Below are positions 62,963 to 64,000 of a DNA stretch of 64,000 nucleotides, piece by piece; within the stretch, counting starts at the first letter, position 1; every line of letters starts with the position of its first letter. This DNA comes from Ylistrum balloti (taxonomy: Eukaryota): assembly GCF_031769215.1 (NCBI RefSeq), contig NW_026782409.1:1-64000 (forward strand), in the 5' to 3' direction. Position numbers and translations under genes: made by a program. A model generated the notes under the pieces. That model had not been told where the DNA came from. It was given only the letters and a program-made list of their open reading frames with translations, and made no database searches.

Positions 62963-63997
62963 CTATTGTTGTTGTTTAGGCTTCTTGGAGGAATCGGTCT
63001 GACGTCTAAATTTAACAAAATCCTTCACCGTTTTTCTCTTTCTATTCCCAACGGAAATGAATGAGTCATCGACGTCAGAACCGTCCTCTTCCATAGAACC
63101 CTCAGACTTCTCCCAAAACACCCCGTGTAGCGGCGTCTCAGTGACTATCTGTGGGGAAGAGAGGCTTGCCACGTCCGGCAACCCCCCCTTCCCTGTTTCA
63201 AAAGAATTAATAGCAGAGCTATCATGGACTAAGATTGACCCTTCTACCAGATCTGAATGTCCGGAGACTTTCTTAACGCAACCGTCATCACCCGTCACAA
63301 CATCATCCGTCATTTCCTGTGTACCAAAATCAGACTCCTGGGTGTCGCGAACCTCCACCTCCCCGTCCTCATCGTTTTCCACAACATCACCCTCCATCCC
63401 GACGTCCTCCTCTTGGTCACCGTCATCATCATTATCATCATCTCGTCTAATCAGCTTACCGTCACAAACACAAATGAACTGTCCGCATTCACAGGTGAAC
63501 TCATTACATTCACAGCTGAATTGCCCACAGGCGTCGCATAACTGATCAGTTGTACTAGCGTCCATACCGTTCTCACTATCGACCTCAATCTTAGACACCG
63601 TCGCTCTACACAAACAGTTTGCTCGTACAGCACCACACTTACCACAGGGAGGGGTAGTGCAGTTTCTTGCATAGTGTCCCTGCTCATTGCACTTAAAACA
63701 TGTGAACTGGGGACAGTCTTTGAATACATGGTCTACTGAGTGACACATCGTACACATTCGTCTCTGATCATTGTGAACAACGCGATAATATGAGTTGTCA
63801 ATGCGTACTGTGTAAGGTAGAGACGGCAAACCGGGGGGTAGTTTGACCTTGACAATACGAGTCCCGTCAGCTATGTCCGTACCCGGATAACACCTACGTT
63901 TAATAGGGGAATGGATAGTAACACCTAATTGTCTCAGTTTTCCCTCAATCTCCTCATCTGATATATAGGCAGGGATATGTAGAAATGATACAACCAA
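62963..63997 (-). CDS. Tx1 ORF1, 5'-incomplete
   Basis: Two CCHC knuckles, Cys-rich motifs, acidic tract and basic tail; homologous to 53926-55279. Confidence 0.9.
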   Translation of the reverse strand: MVVSFLHIPAYISDEEIEGKLRQLGVTIHSPIKRRCYPGTDIADGTRIVKVKLPPGLPSLPYTVRIDNSYYRVVHNDQRRMCTMCHSVDHVFKDCPQFTCFKCNEQGHYARNCTTPPCGKCGAVRANCLCRATVSKIEVDSENGMDASTTDQLCDACGQFSCECNEFTCECGQFICVCDGKLIRRDDDNDDDGDQEEDVGMEGDVVENDEDGEVEVRDTQESDFGTQEMTDDVVTGDDGCVKKVSGHSDLVEGSILVHDSSAINSFETGKGGLPDVASLSSPQIVTETPLHGVFWEKSEGSMEEDGSDVDDSFISVGNRKRKTVKDFVKFRRQTDSSKKPKQQQ

Positions 63998-64000
63998 ATA

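Larger units (their letters stand above)
58915..64000 (-). mobile_element. Second Tx1-clade element, inserted in tRNA-Gly; 5' end lies outside the window
   Basis: ORF1 partial, ORF2 with a single break near 59960, 3' stem-loop, poly(A). Confidence 0.93.

Overview
AT-rich animal DNA, probably mollusc (inferred from the TE families and the GACCTTGA-type repeats). I found no host protein-coding gene. The window is a stack of nested, mostly decayed transposable elements followed by a tRNA cluster (46.9-59 kb). In order: the 3' end of a Penelope-like element with an extra C2H2 zinc-finger ORF and a minimal hammerhead ribozyme; a Ngaro-like element split by a pogo fragment; an AcademH-type element (RecQ helicase plus Academ transposase, convergent) carrying nested inserts (a 4.65-kb unclassified TIR element, an RTE-X-like LINE, a solo LTR); Tc1; Gypsy; DIRS; a GalEa Copia containing a complete 6.4-kb Kolobok; an L2/CR1 LINE; a Crypton with a 28-bp palindrome; and a hAT-like transposase. 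The main finding is two related Tx1-clade LINEs inserted inside different tRNA genes (Lys-CTT and Gly-TCC) at the same AGCAYG motif. The complete copy is bracketed by a 136-bp duplication that rebuilds an intact tRNA-Lys upstream of the element. Both copies share a covarying 3'-UTR stem-loop. Family names come from motif recognition by eye; no database search was run.
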